In this document: positions 47,636-56,305 of the stretch, one piece after another
Layout: every line of letters begins with the position of its first letter
How positions within the stretch are numbered: position 1 is the first letter of the stretch
Assembly (NCBI GenBank): GCA_963746845.1
Contig: CAVVCZ010000001.1
Span: 64,001 to 128,000 of the forward strand
Origin: an uncultured Chloroflexia bacterium
Lineage (GTDB): Bacteria; Chloroflexota; Limnocylindria; Limnocylindrales; CSP1-4
Direction of reading: 5' to 3'
DNA length: 64,000 bases
Made by a program: the position numbers and the translations under genes
Notes under the pieces: generated by a model
Database searches by the model: none
Seen by the model: the letters and a program-made list of their open reading frames with translations, nothing else
Told to the model about the DNA's origin: nothing

Positions 47636-47747
47636 CGGGCCATCCTAGCGGCGACGGACGGCCGGACAGGGGACCGAACGACGCCGTCGGCATAGCCCAT
47701 TCGTACCGGTCGGAGGCCCCGGGGGCCGGTGCTACGCTGCACCGGCC

Positions 47748-49442
47748 GTGCGGATCCCGATCCTCCTCTATCTGCTCGCGCTCGTCGTCCGGATCGGATT
47801 GGTGATCCTCTACCCCGACCCGGCGTACCCCGATTCCTACTACTACGTCGACGTCGCCCGGGCGCTCGCCGCCGGCCACGGACTGAACCTCGACTTCATC
47901 TGGATCTTCGCCGAGGTCGGCAACCACATCCCGGCCAATCCGGTCCTCCCGATCCCCGGCAATGCCCACTGGCTGCCGCTGGCGTCGTTCCTCCAGGCGC
48001 CGTTCATCGCGGTCCTCGGGCCGACAACGCTCGCGTCGGCCATCCCGACGGTCCTCATCGGCTCGCTCACCGCGCCGCTGGCCTGGTTCATCGCCCGCGA
48101 CGCCGGCTCGGTGAAGGCCGTCGGGATCGGGGCCGGCATTCTGTGCGCGATCCCCGCGGCGGGGGCCGTCTTCATGGCCCAGCCGGAGAACTTCGCGATC
48201 CTCCAGCCGCTCGTCGCCGCGACGATCTGGCTGACCGTCCGGGGCCTGAAGGGCAGCACCCGCTCCTACGTGGCGGCGGGGTTCCTCGTCGGGCTCGCGT
48301 CCCTCGCCCGCAACGACGGCTTCATCCTCGGCCTGGCGGTCGGGCTCGTGTTCGTGTGGGACCGGTTCCGCTCCTGGCGATCGCGTGGTGCGGTCGCGCC
48401 GCGGCTCCCGTGGCGCGCGGCGGTTGGCTGCTTCGGGCTCTACCTGGTGGTGATGGTCCCCTGGTTCGTCCGCCAGGAGGTCACCTTCGGGTCGATCTCG
48501 CCGACGACATCCGGCGGCAGTGCGCTCTGGATCCGGACGATCCAGGAGTGGAACAGCATCACCGCGGATCCGTCGCTCTCGAAGTTCCTCGCCCAGGGTC
48601 CCGGCCCGATCATCGCGTCGCGGCTCGGCGGCCTCCTCTCGGCGATCGGCAACTTCGCGGTGATCATCGGCTCGGTCGTCCTCGTCCCGTTCCTGCTTGT
48701 CGGGGCGTGGCTGCGTCGGCGCTCGATCGACTTCGGCCCGTGGTTCCTCTACACGTTCCTCGTCTTCCTCGGGGCGACGTTCCTCTACCCGCTCCACGTC
48801 CCGGGCGGCGCGTTCATCCACTCCGCGGTCGGGCTCGAGGCCTACGCGTACATCCTGTCCCTCGAAGGCGTGGTGGCCCTCGTGATGTGGATCGCGAAGC
48901 GCCGGCCGAAGTGGGACCCGAAGGCCGCCGTGCCGCTGTTCGTCGGTGCGGTCGTCTTCTTCGTGGTCGCAACGGCGCCGCTCTATGCGGTCGCCCTGGG
49001 ATCCGCGTGGAGCGAGAGCCGCGCCCCGCGGGTCGCGCTGGCGAACCAGCTGGACAGCCTCGGGGTGGGCCCGAACGACCGGCTCCTGACGATCGACAGT
49101 GCCGGGTTGAAGTACTTCACCGGCCGGCCGGGGATCGTGACCCCGGACGACCCGATCGACACGATCGAGCAGGTCGCGCGGGCGTACGACACGCGCTGGC
49201 TCGTCCTCGAGCGCGACGACATCGTCCGGGCGCTGGCGCCGATCCTCGCCGGCGGCCCGCGACCGTCGTGGATCGGGGCCCCGGTGTTCATCGTCCCCGC
49301 TACGGACGGCGGGGTGGCACGCCTCGCGCTCTTCCCGGTCTGCCTCGACAACAGCGACGAGCGGTGCGCCGGCGGCCCGACCCTCGCCAGCGGCCCGACC
49401 CTCGCGGACGGGGCGACCTTCGCGGACGCGCGCCGCCCGTGA
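47748..49442 (+). CDS. ArnT/PMT-like (GT39/GT83) membrane glycosyltransferase
   Basis: PDSYYYVDVARALAAG, HWLPL, LARNDG, C-terminal extracellular domain. Confidence 0.72.
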   Translation: MRIPILLYLLALVVRIGLVILYPDPAYPDSYYYVDVARALAAGHGLNLDFIWIFAEVGNHIPANPVLPIPGNAHWLPLASFLQAPFIAVLGPTTLASAIPTVLIGSLTAPLAWFIARDAGSVKAVGIGAGILCAIPAAGAVFMAQPENFAILQPLVAATIWLTVRGLKGSTRSYVAAGFLVGLASLARNDGFILGLAVGLVFVWDRFRSWRSRGAVAPRLPWRAAVGCFGLYLVVMVPWFVRQEVTFGSISPTTSGGSALWIRTIQEWNSITADPSLSKFLAQGPGPIIASRLGGLLSAIGNFAVIIGSVVLVPFLLVGAWLRRRSIDFGPWFLYTFLVFLGATFLYPLHVPGGAFIHSAVGLEAYAYILSLEGVVALVMWIAKRRPKWDPKAAVPLFVGAVVFFVVATAPLYAVALGSAWSESRAPRVALANQLDSLGVGPNDRLLTIDSAGLKYFTGRPGIVTPDDPIDTIEQVARAYDTRWLVLERDDIVRALAPILAGGPRPSWIGAPVFIVPATDGGVARLALFPVCLDNSDERCAGGPTLASGPTLADGATFADARRP

Positions 49443-51064
49443 GCCGCCGCGAGGCGGGCCTGACGGCCGGCGTCATCTTCCTCATCGCGCTGGCGATCCG
49501 CGCGGTCGCCGCGATGCTCGTCGTCTTCCCGAAGCCGGAGGACACGGCCTACTACGTCGACGTCGCCCGGAACCTCCTCGGCGGCCGCGGGCTCGTCAGC
49601 GACGCGCTGTGGAGCTTCGGGACCCAGCCGCTCGTCGTGCCGCGGGCGGCGTTCGAGGTCTGGCTCCCCCTCCCGACCCTTGTCGCGGCGATCCCCATGG
49701 CCCTCGTCGGGGCGACCTTCGCCGCGGCCCAGGTCAGCTCGGTGGTCATCGGGGCGCTCGTGCCGGTCCTCGCGTGGCGGCTCGCCGCCGACGTCGCGGA
49801 CGAGAAGGGCCTGCCCCATGGCCGGGCGCGCACCCTCGCGATCGGCACCGGGATCACCGCGGCGGTGTCCCTGCCGCTGATCCTCCACTCGACCCTGCCC
49901 GACTCGACGATGCCGTTCGCCGTGCTGACCCTCGCCGCGACCCTTCTGATGGCGCGGATCCGGCGGACGATCACCACCGATGGCGCGACGACGGGTTCGA
50001 CCCGGGCGCTCCTCGCCCTGGGCGCGATCCTCGGTCTCGCCGCGCTGACCCGCAACGAGGCGCTCTGGCTCGGGCTGGCCTGGTCGATCATCGCCGCGAC
50101 CCTGCCGATCGCGACCCGCGATCGCCTCCGGGTGATCGTCATCCCGGCCGTCGTGGCGCTGGTCCTCTTCCTCCCGTGGATGATCCGCGACCAGATCGCC
50201 TTCGGCAGCCCGCTCCCGGGTCAGGCCCTGAGCAACGCCCTGTCCCTCGACGGGTCGGACATCTTCGCCTGGCAGGACCCACCGACCCTGTCGCGCTACC
50301 TCGCGGCCGGCCTGCCCCGGCTCGTGGAGCTGCGGGTCCTCGGGATCGGCCACAACTTGTTCGACGTCCTGCTGTTCCCGGGCGCCCCACTGTCGTTCAT
50401 CGGCCTGCTCGGCCTGCCGTGGATCGCCCGGCTGCGGTCCGTCCAGCCGCTCCTGATCGTCTCGATCCTGATCTTCGCGATCACCGGCCTGCTCTTCCCC
50501 GTCTCGACGACGTGGGGCACGTTCCTCCACGCGGCGGGCGCGATCCACGTCCTGATGATCGTCTCGGCGCTCGTCGCGCTCGACGCGTTGATCGCGGAGA
50601 TCGGCCGGCGCCGGGGCTGGCACCGGCCCGTCGCCTGGCTCGCACCGGCGCTGACGGTGTCCGGCGCGGTGCTGTTCTCGGTCGTCTTCCTTCCGGCGTT
50701 CGGGAGCGGATCGGCGGCGACGGAGCGGACGTTCAGCGCCCTCGACGACCGCATGGCCGCGGCCGGCATCCCGCTCGGCGGCGACCAGCCGGTCATCACG
50801 GACGCCCCGATCTGGGTGCCGTACGTCGGCGGCGGGACCGCGCTGGCGCTCCCGTTCGAGCCACCGAGCAGCGTGCTCGATCTCGCCCGGCACTTCGGGG
50901 CGACGACCGTGGTGGTCGTCGGTGGCGATCATCCGTTCCCCTCGAATCTCGCGGCCGGCGGCGAGGGGGCCGACTGCTTCCACCAGGTGGCGCTGCCGGG
51001 CAGTCCGCTCCTGTCGTCCGAGGACTCCGACACCACCCGGGTGTACCGGGTCTCGTGCCCATGA
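49439..51064 (+). CDS. ArnT/PMT-like (GT39/GT83) membrane glycosyltransferase
   Basis: EDTAYYVDVARNLLGG, WLPLP, LTRNE; GTGA overlap; paralog of previous gene. Confidence 0.72.
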   Translation: MSRREAGLTAGVIFLIALAIRAVAAMLVVFPKPEDTAYYVDVARNLLGGRGLVSDALWSFGTQPLVVPRAAFEVWLPLPTLVAAIPMALVGATFAAAQVSSVVIGALVPVLAWRLAADVADEKGLPHGRARTLAIGTGITAAVSLPLILHSTLPDSTMPFAVLTLAATLLMARIRRTITTDGATTGSTRALLALGAILGLAALTRNEALWLGLAWSIIAATLPIATRDRLRVIVIPAVVALVLFLPWMIRDQIAFGSPLPGQALSNALSLDGSDIFAWQDPPTLSRYLAAGLPRLVELRVLGIGHNLFDVLLFPGAPLSFIGLLGLPWIARLRSVQPLLIVSILIFAITGLLFPVSTTWGTFLHAAGAIHVLMIVSALVALDALIAEIGRRRGWHRPVAWLAPALTVSGAVLFSVVFLPAFGSGSAATERTFSALDDRMAAAGIPLGGDQPVITDAPIWVPYVGGGTALALPFEPPSSVLDLARHFGATTVVVVGGDHPFPSNLAAGGEGADCFHQVALPGSPLLSSEDSDTTRVYRVSCP

Positions 51065-52233
51065 CCGGCCCGTATACTCCGAAGCCAATGGACGCCGCAC
51101 GATCCAGCGACGAGACGCGGGCCGTACGGGACGTGCGGATCGACGGGCTGCGCGCGGAGGCCTCGGAGGCCGTCGGCTACAGCGCGAACACGCTCCGCGC
51201 GGTCAGCCAGCGCTACCGCACCGCCTACACGGACGAGCTCACCCGCTGGCAGGTGCTCCGCGACGAGCTCGACATCGCCGAGCGCGCCGGCGCCGGGGGA
51301 GCCGACCGCCGACACGCCGAAGCCGACGCTCTGGCCGATGGCGACGACGGCGCGGCGGCGACCGCCGACGCCGCGGCCCTGGCCGCCGAGGTCGGCGCCG
51401 AGGACGCCCGCGTCCGCGCGTTGCGCTCGGAGGTCGAGTCGCTCGGGCGCGAGCTCGGCCTGCAGCAGACGGAGCTCGCGAAGCTGGAGATCGCCCTTCG
51501 CAACCTGGAATCCACGTGGCTCTTCCTCGAACGCGGGGACTCGAGCCTCGTCAGCGACACCCAGGGCCTGCCGACCGACGTCCAGATGCGGATCGTCGAG
51601 GCCCAGGAGTCGGAACGATCGCGTCTCGCCCAGGAGGTCCACGACGGACCGGCCCAGGTGCTGTCGAACGCGATCTTCCAGGTGGAATACATCGAGCGCG
51701 TGATCGACACGGACCAGCGCACGGCGAGGACAGAGCTGCGCTTCCTGCGCGACCTGCTTCGCCGCGAGCTCGGCTCCGTTCGAACCTTCATCAGTCAGCT
51801 CCGACCGCCCGTCCTCGACGAGCTCGGGCTGGATGGGGCGATCTCCGATGCCATCGGCCGGGCAACCGCGCTGACGGGCCTCGCGATCAGCTCCGATCTC
51901 GCCGCGCCGGCCGAACGACTGAGCCCTGCCCAGCAGACGGTCGTCCTGCGCGTGCTGCAGGAAGCACTGCAGAATGTACGGAAGCACGGCGCGGCCTCGG
52001 CCGTCACGGTCGCCAGCGCGATCGACGGTGATGACTGGGTCCTGACCGTCCGCGATGACGGTCGTGGCTTCGATGTCGGCGCGGTGGCTGCCCGCGGTCG
52101 GCGGAACTTCGGTCTGCAGTTCATGCGTGAGCGAGCCGAACTGATCGGCGCCCGGTTCGAGGTGCATTCGCGACCGGACGGTGGCACGCTGGTCCGGCTC
52201 GCGATCCCGGTGGGAGCAGAGGAGACCAGCTGA
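51061..52233 (+). CDS. cytoplasmic DegS-like histidine kinase (HisKA_3 + HATPase)
   Basis: Coiled-coil N-terminus, no TM; ERSRLAQEVHDGPAQ, QEALQNVRKH, DDGRGF, FGLQFMRERA. Confidence 0.9.
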   Translation: MTGPYTPKPMDAARSSDETRAVRDVRIDGLRAEASEAVGYSANTLRAVSQRYRTAYTDELTRWQVLRDELDIAERAGAGGADRRHAEADALADGDDGAAATADAAALAAEVGAEDARVRALRSEVESLGRELGLQQTELAKLEIALRNLESTWLFLERGDSSLVSDTQGLPTDVQMRIVEAQESERSRLAQEVHDGPAQVLSNAIFQVEYIERVIDTDQRTARTELRFLRDLLRRELGSVRTFISQLRPPVLDELGLDGAISDAIGRATALTGLAISSDLAAPAERLSPAQQTVVLRVLQEALQNVRKHGAASAVTVASAIDGDDWVLTVRDDGRGFDVGAVAARGRRNFGLQFMRERAELIGARFEVHSRPDGGTLVRLAIPVGAEETS

Positions 52234-52970
52234 TGGCTTATTCGGGACCTGAACGTCGCCGCGGCGGGCCAGACCGGCGCGGGGATGGAGAGCGGACGAA
52301 GATCCTGATCGTCGACGACCATGCCCTGTTCCGTGTCGGGATCAGCAACATCCTCGAGCGCGAGCCGGACTTCGAGGTCGTCGGCGAGGCCGACGACAGC
52401 CGCTCGGCGATCGACCGATCGCTCGAGACGTCGCCGGACATCATCCTCATGGACCTGTCGCTCCCGTCACCCGGTGGGATCGAGACGACCTCGAGGATCA
52501 AGCGCGAGCTGCCCTCGACCGGGATCATCGTCCTGGCCGTCTCCGAGGACGAGGACGCGCTGTTCGACGCGATCAAGGCCGGCGCGGCCGCGTTCATCCT
52601 CAAGGACGTCGGTCCGGATGACCTCGTCACGATCATCCGCCGGGTCGTCTCCGGCGAGTACCTGATCAACGACAAGGTCTTCTCGAAGCCGGCGGTCGCG
52701 TCGCGGGTCCTCAAGGAGTTCCGCGAGCTCGCGGTCTACGGCCAGGAGGCCGCCCCGATCTTCGCGCCGCTCTCGCCGCGCGAGGTCGAGATCCTCGACA
52801 ACATCGCCCAGGGCATGACGAACAAGCAGGTCGCCTACGCCCTGTCGATCAGCGAGCAGACGGTCAAGAACCACATGAGCTCGATCCTCCGGAAGCTCTC
52901 GGTGAACGACCGGACCCAGGCCGTCGTGTACGCGATGCGCCAGGGTTGGATCCGGATGCCGGAAGACTGA
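52233..52970 (+). CDS. NarL/DegU-family response regulator
   Basis: VDDHALFR, LMDLSLP, ILKD, LSPREVEIL...NKQVA...TVKNH. Confidence 0.93.
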   Translation: MAYSGPERRRGGPDRRGDGERTKILIVDDHALFRVGISNILEREPDFEVVGEADDSRSAIDRSLETSPDIILMDLSLPSPGGIETTSRIKRELPSTGIIVLAVSEDEDALFDAIKAGAAAFILKDVGPDDLVTIIRRVVSGEYLINDKVFSKPAVASRVLKEFRELAVYGQEAAPIFAPLSPREVEILDNIAQGMTNKQVAYALSISEQTVKNHMSSILRKLSVNDRTQAVVYAMRQGWIRMPED

Positions 52971-52979
52971 TCGGAACCC

Positions 52980-54219
52980 GTGTCCCCATCCAGGCGCGAC
53001 CCGTCCGACGACGCCGGAGCCGCCGCCGCTGATCTCGGCACGCGGCTCGGGCTGGAGATCCATGGGCTCGACGGCGAGCTGACCGAGATCGAGATGCTCG
53101 TCAACCAGGCGCGCACCGAGGCGACCCGACACGAGCAGAAACGCGCCCAGATCGCGGACAAGCTGGCCGGCGCGGTGAGCCTGCCACCGGAGGATCTCGC
53201 CGCGCTCAACGCCCAGCTGGTCACGCTGACGCGCCGGGCATCGGTCATGGAGGCCCAGGTCGAGGTGCTCGAGGGGAAGCGGAAGACGCTCGCCCGCTCG
53301 CGCGACGTCCTGACCGCGATCGCGACCGAGTACGGGGCGGTCGTCGCGTCGGAAGCGTCCGGGGCACCGCGCCTCACGGCGGGGCCGGGTGGGACCGATG
53401 CGGGCGCGCCCATGAGCCGGATCGTCCTCAACGCCCAGGAGGACCTCCGGCGCGAGATCGCGCGGGCGATGCACGACGGGCCCGCCCAGAGCCTGACGAA
53501 CATCGTCCTCCAGGCCCAGATCGTCGAGCGGCTGCTCGGACGGGATCCCGACGGCGCCCGGGGCGAGCTGCGGCTCCTCGTCCAGATGGTCCAGCAGACG
53601 CTCGATGCGACGAAGACATTCATCTTCGACGTCCGGCCGATGGTCCTCGACGACCTCGGGCTCGTGCCGACGCTGCGCCGGGCGGCGCGCGAACGCGGGC
53701 GGCGGGCCGGCGTGGCGGTCGAGTTCGACACGATCGGCGCGGATCACCGGATCGAGGTCGACCTGGAGAGCAGCCTCTTCCGGATCGTCGACGAGGCGCT
53801 CGCCGCCTATCTGGCGGCCAACCCGGACCGGGTCGCCGTGCGGCTGGACTGGTCGGACGGGATCGTCGAGGTCGTCGTGGCCGCCCAGCGCGACCCGACC
53901 GAGACGATGGCCGCCGCGGACCGGCAGCTTGTCGAGACGCTCGAGGCCGAGGAGGCCGCCGGCAAGGACCTGCCGCCGGCCCTCGAATCGATGCTCGTGG
54001 ACCGGCGCGAGCAGGCCGAAATCGGCGGTGACCGCGGCACGCGAGGCCGCGGTGGTCGGGCTGCCCGCCAGCACCTGGCGGGAGATCGAGGGGCGGGCGG
54101 TCACCACCGGGATCGCCGCCGAGCTGAGCGACGGCGGCGCGACCCTCCGGCTGCGCGTCGAGGTCGGTCCTCCGACCGGCACGGGAGCGACGGCCGATGC
54201 GGTGGCCCAGGTCGAGTAG
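52980..54219 (+). CDS. DegS-like kinase homologue with degenerate ATPase domain; apparent +1 frameshift at ~54020
   Basis: H-box REIARAMHDGPAQSL, RPMVLDDLGL; N and G boxes missing; an extra A in GAAATCG shifts to the frame ending VAQVE* at 54219. Confidence 0.72.
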
Positions 54220-54388
54220 GGCTCGACTGCGCCGGGCGCTGCGAGCCGTGCACGGCCAGGGCATCGTCGAGTACGGGCTGATCCTGTCGCTGTCGGCCCT
54301 CCTGGCGGTCGTCCTCCTCGTCTTCTTCGGCGGGACCCTGAGCGCGCTCCTGCAGGTCGTCGGCGACGCGATCGACGCGGCCACCTGA
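54197..54388 (+). CDS. flp: Flp family type IVb pilin (divergent)
   Basis: GQGIVEYGLIL followed by hydrophobic helix; start uncertain. Confidence 0.75.
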   Translation: MRWPRSSRARLRRALRAVHGQGIVEYGLILSLSALLAVVLLVFFGGTLSALLQVVGDAIDAAT

Positions 54389-54527
54389 GCTGCCCTGGTG
54401 CCGGTGCGCGCTCCCACCACCGGCATACCCGACCGGTACCAAATGGCTAGTGGAGTTCGAGGAATCCCTTTGCCATGATGGCCGCGCCCTCAACCGGGGG
54501 TGAGTACTCATCCAGGAGGCTGCCTCA

Positions 54528-54698
54528 ATGGCGCTCGTTCACCAGTTCCTCGCCTCGCTTCGCCGGGACGAGGAAGGCCAGGGTCTCGCGGAGTACGCGC
54601 TGATCCTCGCCCTCATCGCGATCGTGGCGATCATCGCCCTGATCTTCCTGGGCACCCAGGTCAGCACGATCCTGTCGAAGGTCGGCGCGTCGGTCTAG
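54528..54698 (+). CDS. flp: Flp family type IVb pilin
   Basis: SD AGGAGG; MALVHQFLASLRRDEEGQGLAEYALILALIAIVAIIALIFLGTQVSTILSKVGASV (not in ORF track). Confidence 0.93.
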   Translation: MALVHQFLASLRRDEEGQGLAEYALILALIAIVAIIALIFLGTQVSTILSKVGASV

Positions 54699-54720
54699 CC
54701 GACTCTCCACCGAGACACCG

Positions 54721-54752
54721 GAACCGCCGGGGCCTTCGGGCTCCGGCGGTTC
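54721..54752 (+). terminator. terminator hairpin after flp
   Basis: GAACCGCCGGGGCC-TTCG-GGCTCCGGCGGTTC. Confidence 0.75.
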
Positions 54753-55039
54753 GTTGTGTGTCCGGGATCCGTCGTCGCGTTCTCCCGGCCTTCGCTCGTC
54801 GCGCGCGTGTCGGTGGCACACGCGAGGACGGGGGTCGATCGCCGCGCGAGCGTGGCCCAGTTCGCGGGCATGTGCGTGGCACACCGGTGACACGACTTGG
54901 GGCACCCGAGCGTCCACGCGTGTGCATGACACACGCCCGCGACGCGGAACCCGGGCGACCGGCGCGGAGCCCCATCACCGACGCGGACTGGTGCGGCGCG
55001 GCTCCGCAAAGTCGGCGGACGGACTGGCCAATCGTCTCA

Positions 55040-55069
55040 TTGACACCCATCGCGTTCCGCCCGTACTTT
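55040..55069 (+). promoter_or_regulatory. sigma70-type promoter
   Basis: TTGACA-18-TACTTT. Confidence 0.7.
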
Positions 55070-55125
55070 GGCGCCCGCCTTCGGCTTCGACCGGGGAGCT
55101 CTCGAGGAAAGGAGGTAATGCCCAG

Positions 55126-55296
55126 ATGACGTTCTTCACCGCACTCATGTCTTCTCTTCGTCGGGATGAGGAAGGCCAGGGTCTCGCCGAGTACGCGCTG
55201 ATCCTCGCCCTCATCGCGATCGTCGCGATCATCGCCCTCATCTTCCTCGGCACGCAGGTCAGCACGATCCTGTCGAAGGTCGGCGCCTCCGTCTAG
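55126..55296 (+). CDS. flp: Flp family type IVb pilin
   Basis: SD AAAGGAGGT; MTFFTALMSSLRRDEEGQGLAEY... Confidence 0.93.
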   Translation: MTFFTALMSSLRRDEEGQGLAEYALILALIAIVAIIALIFLGTQVSTILSKVGASV

Positions 55297-55312
55297 CCTC
55301 GGATCAACGAAC

Positions 55313-55354
55313 AGACCGCCGGCCCCCTCCGGGGCGCCGGCGGTCTTCGTTTCT
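55313..55354 (+). terminator. terminator hairpin after flp
   Basis: AGACCGCCGGC...GCCGGCGGTCT then TCGTTTCT. Confidence 0.75.
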
Positions 55355-55403
55355 CCCGGACTGCGCGCGGGTCGCACGGTCAACGGTTTCGGCGCCAACC
55401 CGC

Positions 55404-55433
55404 TTGACGCCCGCCGAGGGCCACCCGTAAGGT
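55404..55433 (+). promoter_or_regulatory. sigma70-type promoter
   Basis: TTGACG-18-TAAGGT. Confidence 0.6.
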
Positions 55434-55491
55434 TCGCCGGCCTCCGGACGTCGTCCGGGGAGCTCTCTGAGGAAAGGAGGTCTCACCCCAG

Positions 55492-55662
55492 ATGTCCGTT
55501 CTGCATGCACTCATTGCATCCATCCGCCGGGACGAGGACGGCCAGGGTCTCGCGGAGTACGCGCTGATCCTCGCCCTCATCGCGATCGTGGCGATCATCG
55601 CCCTGATCTTCCTGGGCACCCAGGTCAGCACGATCCTGTCGAAGATCGGCACGTCCGTCTGA
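55492..55662 (+). CDS. flp: Flp family type IVb pilin
   Basis: SD AAAGGAGGT; MSVLHALIASIRRDEDGQGLAEY...SKIGTSV (not in ORF track). Confidence 0.93.
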   Translation: MSVLHALIASIRRDEDGQGLAEYALILALIAIVAIIALIFLGTQVSTILSKIGTSV

Positions 55663-55668
55663 CGTCCA

Positions 55669-55712
55669 GCGATGAGCCGCCGGCGCGCTAGGCGGCGCCG
55701 GCGGCTCATCGC
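55669..55712 (+). terminator. long hairpin after flp
   Basis: GCGATGAGCCGCCGGCGC...GCGCCGGCGGCTCATCGC; no U tract. Confidence 0.65.
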
Positions 55713-55769
55713 ATCCGGGCGATGGAAACCACTGGTGCGCGACCGCGCCATTGGGTACCAAGGGACCTA

Positions 55770-55797
55770 TTGACAGTCCTACCAGACGACCTACCGT
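55770..55797 (+). promoter_or_regulatory. sigma70-type promoter
   Basis: TTGACA-16-TACCGT. Confidence 0.5.
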
Positions 55798-55875
55798 GCG
55801 TCGTGCCGGGGGCGTCTCATCCCGACCTCCGGGATCGCCCGTTCGGGACGTTTCGTCGGAAAGGAGGTGAATCAG

Positions 55876-56067
55876 GTGTCCCAAGTCCGGCGGATCGCCG
55901 CCCGGTTGCGTCAGTCCTGGACTGACACTGACGGCCAGGGACTGGCCGAGTACGCACTCATCCTTGCGCTCATCGCGATCGTCGCCATCGTTGCCCTCAT
56001 CTTCATGGGACAGCAGGTGAGCGATAAGCTCAGCGTCATCGGCAGCACGATCAAGTCCGTGCAATAG
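55876..56067 (+). CDS. flp: Flp family type IVb pilin
   Basis: SD AAGGAGGTGA, GTG55876; DGQGLAEYALILALIAIVAIVALIFMG. Confidence 0.9.
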   Translation: MSQVRRIAARLRQSWTDTDGQGLAEYALILALIAIVAIVALIFMGQQVSDKLSVIGSTIKSVQ

Positions 56068-56087
56068 GCTGCGAACCGCGCTCATTC

Positions 56088-56122
56088 GAACGGCCCGTCC
56101 GGTCCTCCGGACGGGCCGTTTC
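56088..56122 (+). terminator. terminator hairpin after last flp
   Basis: AACGGCCCGTCCGG-TCCT-CCGGACGGGCCGTT-TC. Confidence 0.75.
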
Positions 56123-56305
56123 GCGTCCCCGGAATGGCCCCGCGCACCGGCGAGCGGTCGCACCGACAAACATTGCGAGTTGCCTTGCTTCGTGCGTGAT
56201 TTCCTCCCGTTTCTTCCCAATGGTCCTAGCCCATTGGTATAGTCGCGCGCCCCGAACCCGGTGCTAGAGTGGTGCCACCTGTCACACGGCTCGGGGAGAC
56301 CTAAC

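Noticed and set aside
47729-51064. 1111-aa fusion ORF
   Set aside because: Its first half is a shadow frame of 47748-49442; the real gene starts at GTG49439.
54015-54025. Programmed frameshift in the second kinase
   Set aside because: Only a short A run with no slippery heptamer or stimulator; an indel error is more likely.
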